Below are positions 28,717 to 39,623 of a DNA stretch of 64,000 nucleotides, one piece after another (within the stretch, counting starts at the first letter, position 1; the number at the start of each line of letters is the position of its first letter). Source of the DNA: Rhodothermales bacterium (GTDB lineage: Bacteria > Bacteroidota > Rhodothermia > Rhodothermales > VXPQ01); the NCBI GenBank assembly GCA_040904565.1, contig JBBDTI010000075.1:32001-96000 (forward strand). Reading direction: 5' to 3'. Both the position numbers and the translations under genes were made by a program. The notes under the pieces were generated by a model, which ran no database searches, had not been told where the DNA came from, and saw only the letters and a list, made by a program, of their open reading frames with translations.

Positions 28717-29163
28717 CTACTCGTGCCTCGATGCACCCAGTGACGTGACAAGGTCGTCGTAGCGCGGCCAAGCGTCCCGATCCAGCTCGTAGGACGTAAG
28801 ACCAATGGTCACGTCCGCCCAGGACCCGTAGTCACGAACGTCCAGCACGCGATGGGCAGAATCCATCCGGTTCGCGGCCACGTCGGCGACCGACCGGATA
28901 CGCACCCACGGCCCCCGAACGTGTATCTCCGCGATACGTCGCCGGAGATTGAAGCTCGTCCATGCGGAAGCCAGAAGGATGGCCCCGGCAGCAGCCCAGA
29001 ATGCATATGGAACGATGGACAGCTCTTCAAGAACGGCGACCAGCGTAGCGATCATCACGGGAAGCAAGAACGCAGCCAGGGACGGGACGAGGGCCCGTGA
29101 GTAGACCGCGGTTCGGTGTAGATCACCCGGGTGATTCCTGCTCTTAAACTGCCGATCCGTCAA
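28717..29163 (-). CDS. Hypothetical two-TM membrane protein with a PH-like beta-rich C-terminus
   Basis: Two hydrophobic helices; ATG overlaps the upstream stop codon. Confidence 0.65.
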   Translation of the reverse strand: MTDRQFKSRNHPGDLHRTAVYSRALVPSLAAFLLPVMIATLVAVLEELSIVPYAFWAAAGAILLASAWTSFNLRRRIAEIHVRGPWVRIRSVADVAANRMDSAHRVLDVRDYGSWADVTIGLTSYELDRDAWPRYDDLVTSLGASRHE

Positions 29164-30230
29164 CCGAAATGCCCCCTTTCGGCCGCTGAACGTTGCTGGT
29201 CGACGAGTGCGGAAGCGACGGCTCTCGGCACGGGAAGATCCATCATCGTTCTGAGTCCGGCAGCCGCCTGTACGATGGCCGGGATCGTGTTAACGACCAT
29301 CGCAACCGTGGCTGTATCGCCGAAGATGCCGTTTTGAACCACCAGATTGATCGGGGGCGTACCGTCGATGCGAATGACGTCTCGTGAATCGGTTGCACCC
29401 ACGTACATCAGAAGATCCAGCGAAAGCACCTCCGCCGTTCCGTGGAACCCCTTCATGGTGTGATGGATGCCGGCCACCTCACCGCGACCGACGCGCAGAT
29501 GGTCTGTCTGGACGTCCTGCTCGGCGATGACCGGTTCGAGATGTTCGTCGATCCGCTCGATCACCCATCCGAGTCCGGCGGCCAGAAGACTCAGGGATTC
29601 GCGCAGACCGATATGTCCGAATCTTCCGGTCGACTTTCGCTCCGCGAACGCGTCGACGTTCAATCCGGCTCCGATCTTCTGCTGCAGCGGCATCCGTCGG
29701 CTGCCGGCGTTAACAATGCGCTGTACGTGAACGGATCGCACGTCCGTACAGACGGCGGTAGCCATAAGCGGCAGCAGATCCATGGCATATCCTGGATTTA
29801 CGCCGGTCCCGACGACAGCCACGCCGTGCTCGCGTGCGAGGTCGTCCAATGCCTGACTGCGGTTTTTATGGCGCTCGAACGGAAAAGCAAGTTCTTCGGT
29901 TGACGAGATGACGTGGGCGCCGTGTCGGATGCAGCCCTCAATCTGCGGGTAGACGTCTTCCAGAAAGGATGTTGTCGTGTGCAGCACGACGTCCGGTCGC
30001 GTCCGATGCAAGGCCTCCTCTGCATCCCGTTCGATGGTTATGCCGGTATCCTCGTCAAGCCCGAGCAACTCGCCGACGTCGCGTCTCGCTTTCTTCGGGT
30101 CTACGTCCACGGCAGCCACGAGCTCAAAGGTGTGCGAGCACTGCTGTGTACGGAGTACGGTTCGCACACATTCGAGGCCTATGGGACCTACGCCATACTG
30201 CATCACTCGCACGGGTTGCTCTTCTCGCAT
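29160..30230 (-). CDS. DapB-like NAD(P)-dependent oxidoreductase, 2,4-diaminopentanoate dehydrogenase / native amine dehydrogenase family
   Basis: Rossmann YGVGPIG, STEELAFP, GTGVNPGY.MD, GHIGL.ES, GDTAT..VN..P. Confidence 0.85.
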   Translation of the reverse strand: MREEQPVRVMQYGVGPIGLECVRTVLRTQQCSHTFELVAAVDVDPKKARRDVGELLGLDEDTGITIERDAEEALHRTRPDVVLHTTTSFLEDVYPQIEGCIRHGAHVISSTEELAFPFERHKNRSQALDDLAREHGVAVVGTGVNPGYAMDLLPLMATAVCTDVRSVHVQRIVNAGSRRMPLQQKIGAGLNVDAFAERKSTGRFGHIGLRESLSLLAAGLGWVIERIDEHLEPVIAEQDVQTDHLRVGRGEVAGIHHTMKGFHGTAEVLSLDLLMYVGATDSRDVIRIDGTPPINLVVQNGIFGDTATVAMVVNTIPAIVQAAAGLRTMMDLPVPRAVASALVDQQRSAAERGHFG

Positions 30231-30246
30231 ACGTGATTTTCGATCC

Positions 30247-31881
30247 TTAACGGTCAGGCTGTAGAAACGGATAGGCGTAATGGCGCGCCGGATTAAACGT
30301 CTCCTTTATCGCCCGTGCCGACACCCATCGCATGAGATTAAGCGGGGAACCGGCTTTATCGTTCGTCCCCGAGCCGCGGGCACCGCCGAACGGCTGCTGT
30401 CCGACCACGGCACCGGTTGGCTTATCGTTGATGTAAAAATTACCGGCGTTGTCGACGAGCCTTTCCATCGTGCTGCGCACGACCGCGCGGTCCCTTGCGA
30501 AAACAGCACCCGTAAGGGCGTAGGGCGAGGTATCGTCCAGCAGATCGAGCATCTTCTCATACCGCTCGTCTTCATATACGAACACGGATACGATCGGACC
30601 GAAAATCTCCTCACGCATCGTCTGATGCCTGGGATCGTCGACCTTCAGGACGGTCGGACGGATAAAGTAGCCGCGGCTATCGTCGTACGTACCGCCGTGG
30701 ACTATCTCCACCTGGCTGTCCGAGCGTGCCGCTTCAATATGTTCTACGATCCGTCGGTAGGATGAACGGTCGATCACGGCGTTGATGAAGTTGGTGAAGT
30801 CATCTACGGAGCCCATCGCGATCTCGTCCAACTGCCCGGTTATCTCACGGCGAATCTCGGGCCAGCGTGACGCCGGAAGGTACACCCTGGAAGCAGCCGA
30901 ACATTTCTGCCCCTGATATTCGAATCCGCCTCGAACGATGGCCGTAGCAACCGCCGCGTCCTCCGCCGACGCGTGCGCTACGATGAAATCCTTCCCGCCC
31001 GTTTCGCCGACGACGCGTGGATACGACCGATACGTATCGATCTGCGATCCGATCGTACGCCACATATGTTTGAAGGTCTGGGTCGATCCCGTAAAGTGGA
31101 GTCCGGCCAGGTGCCTGGATGCAAACACCGGATCGCCCACGTCCGGTCCATGCCCGGGAAGCATGTTGATCACGCCGTCCGGCAATCCGGCTTCTTGCAG
31201 GAGCTTGTATGTGTAATAAGCAGAGAAGAGGGACGTGGTCGACGGTTTCCACAAAACCGTATTGCCCATCAGGGCCGGCGCCGTCGGAAGATTGCCCTGA
31301 ATGGAGGTAAAATTAAATGGCGTCACGGCGAATACAAACCCTTCCAGGGCCCGATATTGCATCTGATTCCACGTTCCTGTCGGGGAGTAGGGCTGCCGTT
31401 CATAGAGTTCCTCCGCGTACTTCGCGTTGAACCGCCAGAAGTCGATCAGCTCACAGGCCGCATCTATCTCTGCCTGGAAGACATTCTTACTCTGGCCGAG
31501 CATGGTCGACGCGTTCAGCGTATCGCGCCAGGACGTAGAGAGCAGTTCCGCCGCCTTCAAGAAGACGGCGGTGCGATCCGTCCAGTGCATGCGGGCCCAT
31601 TCGTTGCGTGCTTCGAGAGCGGCGTCTATGGCTTCGGCAACCTCGGTTTCGCCGCAGAGATGCACGTCAGCCAGCACCTGTCCGTGATCGTGGGGGGCCG
31701 TGACGGTCACCATATTTCCGGTACGAACCTCACGTCCACCGATGAATGCGGGGATCTCGAGCCGCTCGTTCTTGAGAACGTCTAGCTGACGCTGCACGCT
31801 ACGACGCTCCGGTGATCCCGGTTTGTAGGACAGCGTCGGTTCGTTGACTGGTTCCGGAGCCGTGCGTATCGCGTTGCTCAT
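30247..31881 (-). CDS. pruA: L-glutamate gamma-semialdehyde (P5C) dehydrogenase
   Basis: NEP.LSY.PGS, QAEIDAACELIDF, PFNFT, FTGST, GETGGKDF, EYQGQKCSA, EEIFGP, NDKPTGAVVGQQPFGG. Confidence 0.96.
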   Translation of the reverse strand: MSNAIRTAPEPVNEPTLSYKPGSPERRSVQRQLDVLKNERLEIPAFIGGREVRTGNMVTVTAPHDHGQVLADVHLCGETEVAEAIDAALEARNEWARMHWTDRTAVFLKAAELLSTSWRDTLNASTMLGQSKNVFQAEIDAACELIDFWRFNAKYAEELYERQPYSPTGTWNQMQYRALEGFVFAVTPFNFTSIQGNLPTAPALMGNTVLWKPSTTSLFSAYYTYKLLQEAGLPDGVINMLPGHGPDVGDPVFASRHLAGLHFTGSTQTFKHMWRTIGSQIDTYRSYPRVVGETGGKDFIVAHASAEDAAVATAIVRGGFEYQGQKCSAASRVYLPASRWPEIRREITGQLDEIAMGSVDDFTNFINAVIDRSSYRRIVEHIEAARSDSQVEIVHGGTYDDSRGYFIRPTVLKVDDPRHQTMREEIFGPIVSVFVYEDERYEKMLDLLDDTSPYALTGAVFARDRAVVRSTMERLVDNAGNFYINDKPTGAVVGQQPFGGARGSGTNDKAGSPLNLMRWVSARAIKETFNPARHYAYPFLQPDR

Positions 31882-32194
31882 AATCGATTCGAAATCTGGA
31901 TACCTTGCATGGCGATGGACTGCCGGGCGTTGCCTGACGTCAGTCGGCCCGTACCGGGCGCGCTCTCGCGAGCACATCCTCAGGACGGATTGTGACCATG
32001 ACGGGTTATGACGCCACAGCTGCGCCTCTTGAGGTACTTACGGCCGACGGGTCGATTTTGATGCCGGTCGGTCCGACTTCCTGCGGTGGTATCGCCTCAG
32101 CCGGGCGTCGCCGAACGTCCAGGGTCAACAAGGAGAACCGCTGCCGATCGGTGCAGTTAGCATGATTCTCAGAGACGAGTGATGCCGGACTACC

Positions 32195-33448
32195 ATGCCC
32201 TCCCGCTTCGAACGATTCATGGCCGTGCGCTATTTCCGCTCCGCAAGGGGCCGGGAAGAGGGGCGCCGGTTCATCCGCTTCATTACGTACGTAGCGGTCG
32301 GGGGTGTCGCGCTGGGTACGGCCGCACTGCTCCTCGCCCTATCGATCGTACGAGGATTCAGTACCGAGATTGAGGCGAAGATCGTCGGGTTTGGTGCACA
32401 CGTTCAGGTAGAGACGTTGCGGGATGCACCGATCGACGACGCGTCGGCTCTCGAACTCGATCTGTCGCGGCGCGATGGTGTACGCAGCGTCGCTCCCGTC
32501 ATACAGGAATTTGCGCTCCTCCGACGATCGGCATCCCAGATCGACGGTGCGGCTATCTGGGGTACGAACCGGCCTCCTGATTACGTGCGTGAGCACGTGG
32601 TCGAAGGCACGTTCGATACGTCGAGGGGTGACGACGGTCTTGCCGGCATCGTTCTCGGAACGGCGTTGGCCGATCTGCTTGGCGTCGAGGTAGGAGACCG
32701 GGTAACCGCCTTTTCCATGCGTTCCGGCGGCGGCGCATCCGACCTGATGTCGGGTCTCTCTCCACCGCGCGTCAAGGCGTTTCGAGTTACAGCCTTCTAC
32801 GAGACGTCGCTGGCGAATTTCGACGAGACGTACGCGTTTACCTCCATGGAGGTGGCGCGCGACCTGCTCGGATACGGCGCCGATCAGGTTACGCGCTTCG
32901 ATCTAACGCTGGCGGACGTAAGCCGCGCGGAGGAGACCGCGCGCTCCATCGAAAAGGATCTGGGATTCCCGCTCATGGCCCGGAGCATTTACGAGGTATA
33001 CAGCGGACTCTTCGCCTGGGTCAACTTGCAGGAGGGTATCATACCGATCGTTATCAGCGTCATCGTCATCGTGGCCGCGTTCAATATCGTCGGCACGCTG
33101 CTGATGATGATTCTGGAAAAGACGAGAGAGATCGGCATTCTGGAGAGTATGGGGGCTTCCCGGCAGTCCCTTCGAAAGTTGTTCCTGTGGATCGGTTTGC
33201 TCATCGGTGTCGCCGGGACGGTGATCGGTGAGGGTCTCGCGCTCGGATTCGGCATGTTGCAGGCGAAGTACGGCATCATCCCACTGCCGGAGGAGGCCTA
33301 CTACATGAACACGGCTCCCATCGAACTCCATCCACTCGATTTCGTAATCGTAGCTGCTGCCACGATGCTGCTCTGTATGCTGGCGGCCTACGTGCCGGCT
33401 CGCGTCGCGGCACGCATCGAGCCCATACGCGCCATACATTTTCGGTGA
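32195..33448 (+). CDS. LolC/LolE-family lipoprotein-releasing ABC permease
   Basis: FERFMA.RY, MacB-type periplasmic domain, AAFNI..LMMILEK.REIGIL..MGA. Confidence 0.9.
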   Translation: MPSRFERFMAVRYFRSARGREEGRRFIRFITYVAVGGVALGTAALLLALSIVRGFSTEIEAKIVGFGAHVQVETLRDAPIDDASALELDLSRRDGVRSVAPVIQEFALLRRSASQIDGAAIWGTNRPPDYVREHVVEGTFDTSRGDDGLAGIVLGTALADLLGVEVGDRVTAFSMRSGGGASDLMSGLSPPRVKAFRVTAFYETSLANFDETYAFTSMEVARDLLGYGADQVTRFDLTLADVSRAEETARSIEKDLGFPLMARSIYEVYSGLFAWVNLQEGIIPIVISVIVIVAAFNIVGTLLMMILEKTREIGILESMGASRQSLRKLFLWIGLLIGVAGTVIGEGLALGFGMLQAKYGIIPLPEEAYYMNTAPIELHPLDFVIVAAATMLLCMLAAYVPARVAARIEPIRAIHFR

Positions 33449-33452
33449 CCTC

Positions 33453-33722
33453 ATGAAAGACGTAGATAGCTCACCGCCCGCAATCGACGTCCGTCTCTTC
33501 AGCTCTCTCAGGGAGCAGGTAGGATGCGGGTCGGTTGCGGTGATCGTAGAGGGACCGATGACGGTCGACGAGCTGCTCCGGCGGCTGGCCGACGAACATC
33601 GGGCCGTACAGGCGTTTCTATCGTGTATCCGGGTGGCGGTGAATCAGGAATACGTCGGAGAATCACATGTCGTCGGTCCGGGCGACGAGGTGGCCTTGAT
33701 CACGCCCGTAAGCGGAGGCTGA
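33453..33722 (+). CDS. moaD: Molybdopterin synthase sulfur carrier
   Basis: VRLFSSLRE, VAVNQEY, GDEVALITPVSGG C-terminus. Confidence 0.92.
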   Translation: MKDVDSSPPAIDVRLFSSLREQVGCGSVAVIVEGPMTVDELLRRLADEHRAVQAFLSCIRVAVNQEYVGESHVVGPGDEVALITPVSGG

Positions 33723-33724
33723 TA

Positions 33725-34183
33725 ATGGAGGAACTCAGGACGGACCGACGATGGATCCGTATTCAAGAGGCCCCTCTAGACGTCGCCCCGGCGTCTGACT
33801 TTCTTCGGGTCGAGGAAGCCGGCGGCATCGACCTTTTTCTAGGGACGACACGGCGCTGGACGGATGGACGAGAAACGGTACAGCTCGAATATGAATGCTA
33901 CGAATCGATGGCCGTGTCGGAGCTCGATCGCTTGTTGGATGAGGCGGCGGATCGCTGGCCCTTGAGCAGAGCGTGCATCCTTCATCGCACGGGTGCGGTA
34001 CCCTTGCGCGAGATCAGCGTCGTCGTTGGCGTTTCGACGCCCCATCGTGACGCCGCCTTCGGGGCGTGTCGGTACCTGATCGATGAGCTCAAGCGGCGGG
34101 TACCCATCTGGAAGAAGGAGCGGTTTGCCGACGGCACCACGGACTGGGTCGAAGGGGAGCGCCCGCCGCTGACGGACGGCTGA
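33725..34183 (+). CDS. moaE: Molybdopterin synthase catalytic subunit
   Basis: GGIDLFLGTTR, LEYECY..MA, HR.G, STPHRDAAF, PIWKKE. Confidence 0.93.
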   Translation: MEELRTDRRWIRIQEAPLDVAPASDFLRVEEAGGIDLFLGTTRRWTDGRETVQLEYECYESMAVSELDRLLDEAADRWPLSRACILHRTGAVPLREISVVVGVSTPHRDAAFGACRYLIDELKRRVPIWKKERFADGTTDWVEGERPPLTDG

Positions 34184-34201
34184 CCGCCCGGGCCGGCCGT
34201 A

Positions 34202-35170
34202 TTAGGTTCCGAAATAATCGGAGAGGGCTTCTCGAATCCGCTGCTTGGGGTCCGGATGCGTTTCAGGTACGAATTCGCGTCCGGTGACGGCCTCATAGAG
34301 CTCGACGTACCGCCTCGCCACCTCCACACGGAACGAATCGGGCAGATCGGGCAGGGTCTGTCCCTCTTTACCCTGGAAGTCGTGATCCATCAGCCACTCG
34401 CGCACGAATTCCTTAGAAAGTTGCTGCTGCGGCTCGTCGTTGCGCAGCCGCTCCTCGTAGCCGTCCGCGTAATAAAACCGGGAGGAGTCCGGTGTATGTA
34501 CTTCGTCGATCACGACGAACGCACCATCAGATCGCCGCCCGAATTCATACTTTGTGTCGACCAGCAGGAGGCCCCGTTCAGCCGACATGCGGGTCCCGCG
34601 ATCGAACAGCCGCAGGGAGATCGATTCAAGCTCGTCGAATTCATCGCGGGACAGGATGCCGCGTTCGACAATTTCCTCTCCTGATATGTCCTCGTCGTGG
34701 CCTTCGTCGGCCTTGGTGGCCGGCGTCAAAATGGGAGCGGGCAGCCGGCTGCTCTCTTTGAGTCCACCCGGGAGCGCCACACCGGAGACCTGGCGGCGAC
34801 CGTCGCGATACTCGCGCCATGCGTGCCCGGCCAGATATCCCCGTACTACAAATTCTACGGGTACCGGCTCGCAGCGCACGGCGACCGTAACGTTCGGATC
34901 CGGGACGGCAATGAGATGATTGGGCGCGATGTCGCGTGATTTCTCCAAAAAGTACGCGGCCGTCTGATTCAGGACCTGGCCCTTGAAGGGGATCTGCTGC
35001 CGAAGTACGTGATCGAATGCAGAAATTCGATCCGTCGTGACGAGGATCAGCACGTCCTCACGTCTATACGTATCCCGAACTTTTCCGCGGTATCGCTTCC
35101 CGAACTCGTCAAAATCGGTCGCGTCGATCGTTCGGTCGAGGTGCTGCTCGAGAATGTCTGTGGATGTCAT
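34202..35170 (-). CDS. purC: SAICAR synthetase
   Basis: YRGKVRD, TDRISAFD, VEFVVRGYL.G, TPATK, LVDTKYEFG, DEVHTPDSSR. Confidence 0.96.
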   Translation of the reverse strand: MTSTDILEQHLDRTIDATDFDEFGKRYRGKVRDTYRREDVLILVTTDRISAFDHVLRQQIPFKGQVLNQTAAYFLEKSRDIAPNHLIAVPDPNVTVAVRCEPVPVEFVVRGYLAGHAWREYRDGRRQVSGVALPGGLKESSRLPAPILTPATKADEGHDEDISGEEIVERGILSRDEFDELESISLRLFDRGTRMSAERGLLLVDTKYEFGRRSDGAFVVIDEVHTPDSSRFYYADGYEERLRNDEPQQQLSKEFVREWLMDHDFQGKEGQTLPDLPDSFRVEVARRYVELYEAVTGREFVPETHPDPKQRIREALSDYFGT

Positions 35171-35207
35171 GGCGTTATAACTACCTGGATGGCCAACGGC
35201 GTGCGAT

Positions 35208-36230
35208 TCAACCGGGTGCTGACGAGCTGCGCGCGATGAGTTCGGGGACGATTACGCGGTCCAGCGGCTTTCCCTCATCGTCCCCTTCCATGCGCATCAG
35301 CAGCAGGCGCGTAGCTTCTTCACCTACCCAGTGCATCCGCTGATCGACGCTGGAAAGTCCAATGTAGTAGCTCGACTTGATGTCGTCGTATCCCACGATA
35401 GCCACATCGCCGGGTACGTCGCGACCGGCGTCGCGTACCGCCTTCCACGCGCCGATCGCCTGGACGTCGCTCATGGCGAAAACGGCCGTGATCTCCGGCG
35501 CCTCGGTAAGAATGCGTTCCATGGCCTCATATCCGGCCTCTTCGCTAAATCCGGCATGCTTCTCCGTCTGTCCCGTAAAGACGTGCGTCCGTCCAAACGG
35601 GAGTCCGGCGCGCTTCATGGCCGTTTCGACGCCATCGATTCGTTCGTCCTGCACGGTGCTCTCGGTGTGCGAAGCGATGACGCCGATATGCTCGTGACCG
35701 AGTGCGACGAGATGATCGATCGCCGCCGTGGCTCCGGTCCGATCGTCCCAGTGAAACGAGTCGAAATCGGGATGGACCGAACCCACTAGGACGACGGGCG
35801 CGTGCAGCGCACGAAGCTCGTGAACCAGGCGATCTTCTACCGGCACTCCGACGAGCAGGAGTCCGTCTACCGCCCCTCGGCTTAGGAAGTTGAGCAGCGT
35901 CTGCTCGGGCGAGGTGGAACCCAGGTCACAGAGCAGGAGATCGATGTCCTGATTCCTGAGGCGGAAGCGGATGCCCTTGAGCAATTCCGTGTGAAAGGGC
36001 ATCGTAAACGTTGGAATCGCCACCGCAAACGACTTCGTCGCCTTCTGTGCGAGGGATTTGGCCGTTCTGTCGGGTCGAAACTCCAGTTCTTGAATGGCCT
36101 TGAGGACCCGAACGCGCGTCGGTTCGGACACATCCGACGAGGCGTTCAGTACGCGCGATACCGTGGAAATCGCGACGCCGGCGTGGTCGGCCACGTCATA
36201 GATCGTGACTTTGGACTTTTCTTGCGACAT
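35208..36230 (-). CDS. LacI family transcriptional regulator
   Basis: TIYDVA..AGVAISTVSRVLN HTH; periplasmic-binding-protein fold with VPGDVAIVGYDD. Confidence 0.95.
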   Translation of the reverse strand: MSQEKSKVTIYDVADHAGVAISTVSRVLNASSDVSEPTRVRVLKAIQELEFRPDRTAKSLAQKATKSFAVAIPTFTMPFHTELLKGIRFRLRNQDIDLLLCDLGSTSPEQTLLNFLSRGAVDGLLLVGVPVEDRLVHELRALHAPVVLVGSVHPDFDSFHWDDRTGATAAIDHLVALGHEHIGVIASHTESTVQDERIDGVETAMKRAGLPFGRTHVFTGQTEKHAGFSEEAGYEAMERILTEAPEITAVFAMSDVQAIGAWKAVRDAGRDVPGDVAIVGYDDIKSSYYIGLSSVDQRMHWVGEEATRLLLMRMEGDDEGKPLDRVIVPELIARSSSAPG

Positions 36231-36495
36231 GGAGGGATGAAACTATCGGGCTTTGCTCGTCGGTAGAATACGTTTTATTCTGTTCGTCTGAGGCGTACCT
36301 TAACGTTAATTTTGAAGAAAAGCTTCGGGTGTTCCTCACGAACGTGCTCTGGAGTCCCTTCGCCGTCTACCGCCTTCAGCGTTCACAGGCAACGCGTTCA
36401 CGAGGCGCCAACATTCTCCGGATTACGGCCATCCTCAATCGGAATCCGAAACCGTTCTCGGGTGGCCGGCGCCAGCGGGTGGCCGTGAGGAGGAC

Positions 36496-36533
36496 GATGT
36501 GCGGAACGATATGTGACGTGCGGAACGATATAT
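36496..36533. repeat. 19-bp tandem duplication upstream of the cop promoter
   Basis: gatgtgcggaacgatatgt / gacgtgcggaacgatatat. Confidence 0.75.
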
Positions 36534-36556
36534 AGGGTACCAGGGTATGGTATAAT
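36530..36556 (+). promoter_or_regulatory. Putative CsoR operator overlapping an extended -10 box
   Basis: TACCA-GGGTA-TGGTA inverted repeat with G-tract (36538-36552), resembling CsoR operators; TG-G-TATAAT at 36548-36556. Confidence 0.65.
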
Positions 36557-36714
36557 TCACGTTTATGGGTTCGAATGTGATAGCGGCCAGAGCTCGGGAG
36601 ACCGATGCGCCGCCAGGCGTCTCCGGAATGGCGCCGCGCATCGTATGTGGCCAGTTCGCAGGTCGGGCCTGCACGGGTGCTAGGCATGTTCTACTAAAAA
36701 GGGTGCGACGCAGC

Positions 36715-36924
36715 ATGGAACGCAAGATTACGATCGAAGGGATGGGATGCGATCACTGCATCGTCAGCGTACGAGAGGCGCTCGAGGGTATCGAGGGCGT
36801 AACGGTGAACGACGTGGAGATCGGGCGCGCGCGCGTTACGGTATCCGAGGGCGTCGACGCCGACGCTATCGACGAGGCCATTCACAGCGCGGGATACGAA
36901 CCGACGGGGCAGGAGGAGGCCTAG
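36715..36924 (+). CDS. copZ: Copper chaperone (HMA domain)
   Basis: IEGMGCDHC, AGY. Confidence 0.92.
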   Translation: MERKITIEGMGCDHCIVSVREALEGIEGVTVNDVEIGRARVTVSEGVDADAIDEAIHSAGYEPTGQEEA

Positions 36925-36930
36925 GCATCG

Positions 36931-37212
36931 ATGCGACTTCCCGAAGCTGAGGAGAAGGACGTCACGCAGCGGCTGCGTCGGATTGAGGGGCAGGTGCGCG
37001 GATTGCAGCGCATGGTCGAAGAGGGCCGCTACTGTGGAGACGTGCTCACGCAGATCACGTCCGTCCAGCGCGCACTGCGCGCCGTGGGCGAGCGCATCAC
37101 GCGCAACCACCTCGAGACGTGCGTTACGGAGGCGCTGCGGTCGGGAGATCGCGAGGCCGCCCAAGAAACGTACGACGAAATCATGAATCTGCTCTACAAG
37201 CAGCTCAGATAG
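36931..37212 (+). CDS. csoR: Copper-sensing repressor
   Basis: [24 protein letters not shown] (C-H-C ligands). Confidence 0.93.
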   Translation: MRLPEAEEKDVTQRLRRIEGQVRGLQRMVEEGRYCGDVLTQITSVQRALRAVGERITRNHLETCVTEALRSGDREAAQETYDEIMNLLYKQLR

Positions 37213-37216
37213 GCCG

Positions 37217-39538
37217 ATGGCAATGCAGGCGACAAAGGATGACGAGAATAGGTCCGGAGACGGTTCCGTTGATTTCGGCGTGCGCGGCATGACGTGCGCC
37301 GCGTGCGTACGGCGCGTAGAGCAAGCCCTGAGCGGCGTCGACGGCGTGGAAGATGTCGAGGTCAATCTCGCGATGGAGCGGGCGCGTGTTCGCTATGCAG
37401 GCGACGGGCATGCTCCGGAGACCTTTTACCGGGTCGTTCGCGATGCCGGCTATGACGTAATCGAGGCCACGGGTGACGCACAGGAGCAGGCGGCGGCCGA
37501 AGAGGTTGCTCGTGAAGCGGAACGCAGAGAGCTGCTTCGCCGTGTCGTCGTCGCGGGTGCCCTGACGGTACCGATCGTCATGATGCAGATGGTGCCCATG
37601 GCATGGGCGGGCGCTGCCCAGCTGCTGTATGGGATGATTCCCCAAAGCCGGCTGAACTACCTGCTTTTCGTGCTGGCGAGTGTCGTGCAGTTCGGTCCCG
37701 GCCTGCGTTTTTACGTGCTGGGATGGAAGGCGACGCGCGCGATGAGTCCGGATATGAACACGCTCGTCATGCTGGGCACGAGTGCCGCGTATGGATACTC
37801 GGTCGTGGCCACGTTCGTGCCGCGCGTACTGCCGGCCGGGACGGTTCACGTCTATTACGAGGCCTCGGCGGCGATCATCGCGCTCATCCTGCTTGGCAAA
37901 TACATGGAGGCGCGGGCGAAAGGCCGAACGAGCGAAGCGATGAAAACGCTGCTCGAGCTGCGTCCGAGTACGGCGCTCGTGGTCCGAGATGGAGAAGAAA
38001 GGGAAATCGCTGTAGACGCCGTACAGCCGGGCGATCTCGTGCTGGTTCGACCAGGTGACCGCATTCCGGTCGACGGGGTGCTGGAAGAGGGCTCCACGTA
38101 CGTGGACGAATCCATGATCAGTGGCGAGCCCGTGCCCGTAGCGAAAGCGGCGGGCGACGAGGTCGTCGGCGGCACGGTCAATGAACGCGGGAGCTTCACG
38201 TTTCGCGCTACGCGTGTCGGACGCGACACGGTGCTTGCACACATCATTCGCATGGTCGAGGAAGCGCAGAGTTCCAAGCCGCAGATCCAGGCTCTCGCCG
38301 ATCGCGTCGTGGCCGTATTCGTACCCGTCGTCCTGGCGATAGCAACCGTTACGTTTGTCGGATGGATGATATGGGGCCCGACCCCGGCGCTCACGTTTGC
38401 GCTCGTCGCGGCCGTGTCCGTGCTCATCATCGCGTGTCCGTGTGCGATGGGTTTGGCCACACCCACGTCGGTGATGGTGGGAACGGGCAAGGCGGCCGAA
38501 ATGGGCGTCCTCTTCCGTCGCGGTTCAGCGCTGGAAACGCTCGCGGAGGCAGACACCATCGTACTCGACAAGACGGGTACGCTTACGGAAGGGCGGCCGC
38601 GGTTGACGGACGTGCATCCGGCCCCCGCGTTCAGCCGAACGGAGGTGCTCCGCCTGGCGGCCGCCGTAGAAAAACGTTCCGAACACCCGATCGGACAGGC
38701 TATCGTCGACGCCGCGCAGGAAGAGGGGGTGGACGTGCCGGACGTATCCAGGGCCTCGGCGGAAGCCGGACTGGGTATTCGGGCGGACGTCGAGGGTGCC
38801 TCCGTGCTGATCGGATCCGAACGATTTCTGACGTCGGAGGGCATCGACGCGGGCTCGCTATCCCGAACGGCCACGGATCTGGCGGAGGGCGGCCGGACGA
38901 CCGTATTCCTGGCCGTCGACGGATCCGTGGCCGGCGTATTTGCCGTGTCCGATCCGTTGAAGGACAGCTCCGTGGCGACGGTGGCCGAGTTGAAGCGACT
39001 CGGATACCGGGTCGCGATGATCACCGGCGATGCGCGCGGCACCGCCGAGACCATCGCGGAGCGGCTCGGCATAGACGAGGTGGTGGCGCAGGTCCTGCCC
39101 GACCAGAAAGCCGATGCCGTCCGCCGTTTCCAGGAGGAGGGGCGACGCGTCGTCTTCGTAGGCGACGGGATCAACGACGCACCTGCTCTGGCGCAGGCGG
39201 ACGTCGGCGTGGCCATCGGAACGGGCACCGACGTAGCCATCGAGGCGGGTGATGTGATCCTGATGTCGGGAGACCCGCGCGGTCTGGTCAATGCGCTGGC
39301 GCTCTCACGTCAGACGCTCCGCAATATCAAGCAGAATCTTTTCTGGGCCTTCGCCTACAACGTGGCCCTAATTCCCGTAGCGGCGGGGGCCCTGTATCCC
39401 GTATTCGAGCAGCTGCTCTCGCCCGTTTTCGCCGCCGCCGCCATGGGCGTGTCCAGCATCTTCGTGCTGTCGAACGCCCTGCGTCTGAAGCGTTTCCGTC
39501 CGGTCATGCCGCCTCGTCCGTCTCCGACGGCGGCCTGA
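37217..39538 (+). CDS. copA: Copper-translocating P1B-1 ATPase
   Basis: [32 protein letters not shown]. Confidence 0.96.
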   Translation: MAMQATKDDENRSGDGSVDFGVRGMTCAACVRRVEQALSGVDGVEDVEVNLAMERARVRYAGDGHAPETFYRVVRDAGYDVIEATGDAQEQAAAEEVAREAERRELLRRVVVAGALTVPIVMMQMVPMAWAGAAQLLYGMIPQSRLNYLLFVLASVVQFGPGLRFYVLGWKATRAMSPDMNTLVMLGTSAAYGYSVVATFVPRVLPAGTVHVYYEASAAIIALILLGKYMEARAKGRTSEAMKTLLELRPSTALVVRDGEEREIAVDAVQPGDLVLVRPGDRIPVDGVLEEGSTYVDESMISGEPVPVAKAAGDEVVGGTVNERGSFTFRATRVGRDTVLAHIIRMVEEAQSSKPQIQALADRVVAVFVPVVLAIATVTFVGWMIWGPTPALTFALVAAVSVLIIACPCAMGLATPTSVMVGTGKAAEMGVLFRRGSALETLAEADTIVLDKTGTLTEGRPRLTDVHPAPAFSRTEVLRLAAAVEKRSEHPIGQAIVDAAQEEGVDVPDVSRASAEAGLGIRADVEGASVLIGSERFLTSEGIDAGSLSRTATDLAEGGRTTVFLAVDGSVAGVFAVSDPLKDSSVATVAELKRLGYRVAMITGDARGTAETIAERLGIDEVVAQVLPDQKADAVRRFQEEGRRVVFVGDGINDAPALAQADVGVAIGTGTDVAIEAGDVILMSGDPRGLVNALALSRQTLRNIKQNLFWAFAYNVALIPVAAGALYPVFEQLLSPVFAAAAMGVSSIFVLSNALRLKRFRPVMPPRPSPTAA

Positions 39539-39623
39539 GTCCATGGCTGCCGTGACGGCACGGTGCCTGCTTCCCGTTCGCCGGCCGATGCTCCCGGTCA
39601 CGTTTTTCGCCGGTCAGGTTCTC

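Noticed and set aside
36300-36401. TTAACGTTAA palindrome and GCGTTCAC repeats as LacI operators
   Set aside because: Plausible but too short and degenerate to support without a comparative motif.
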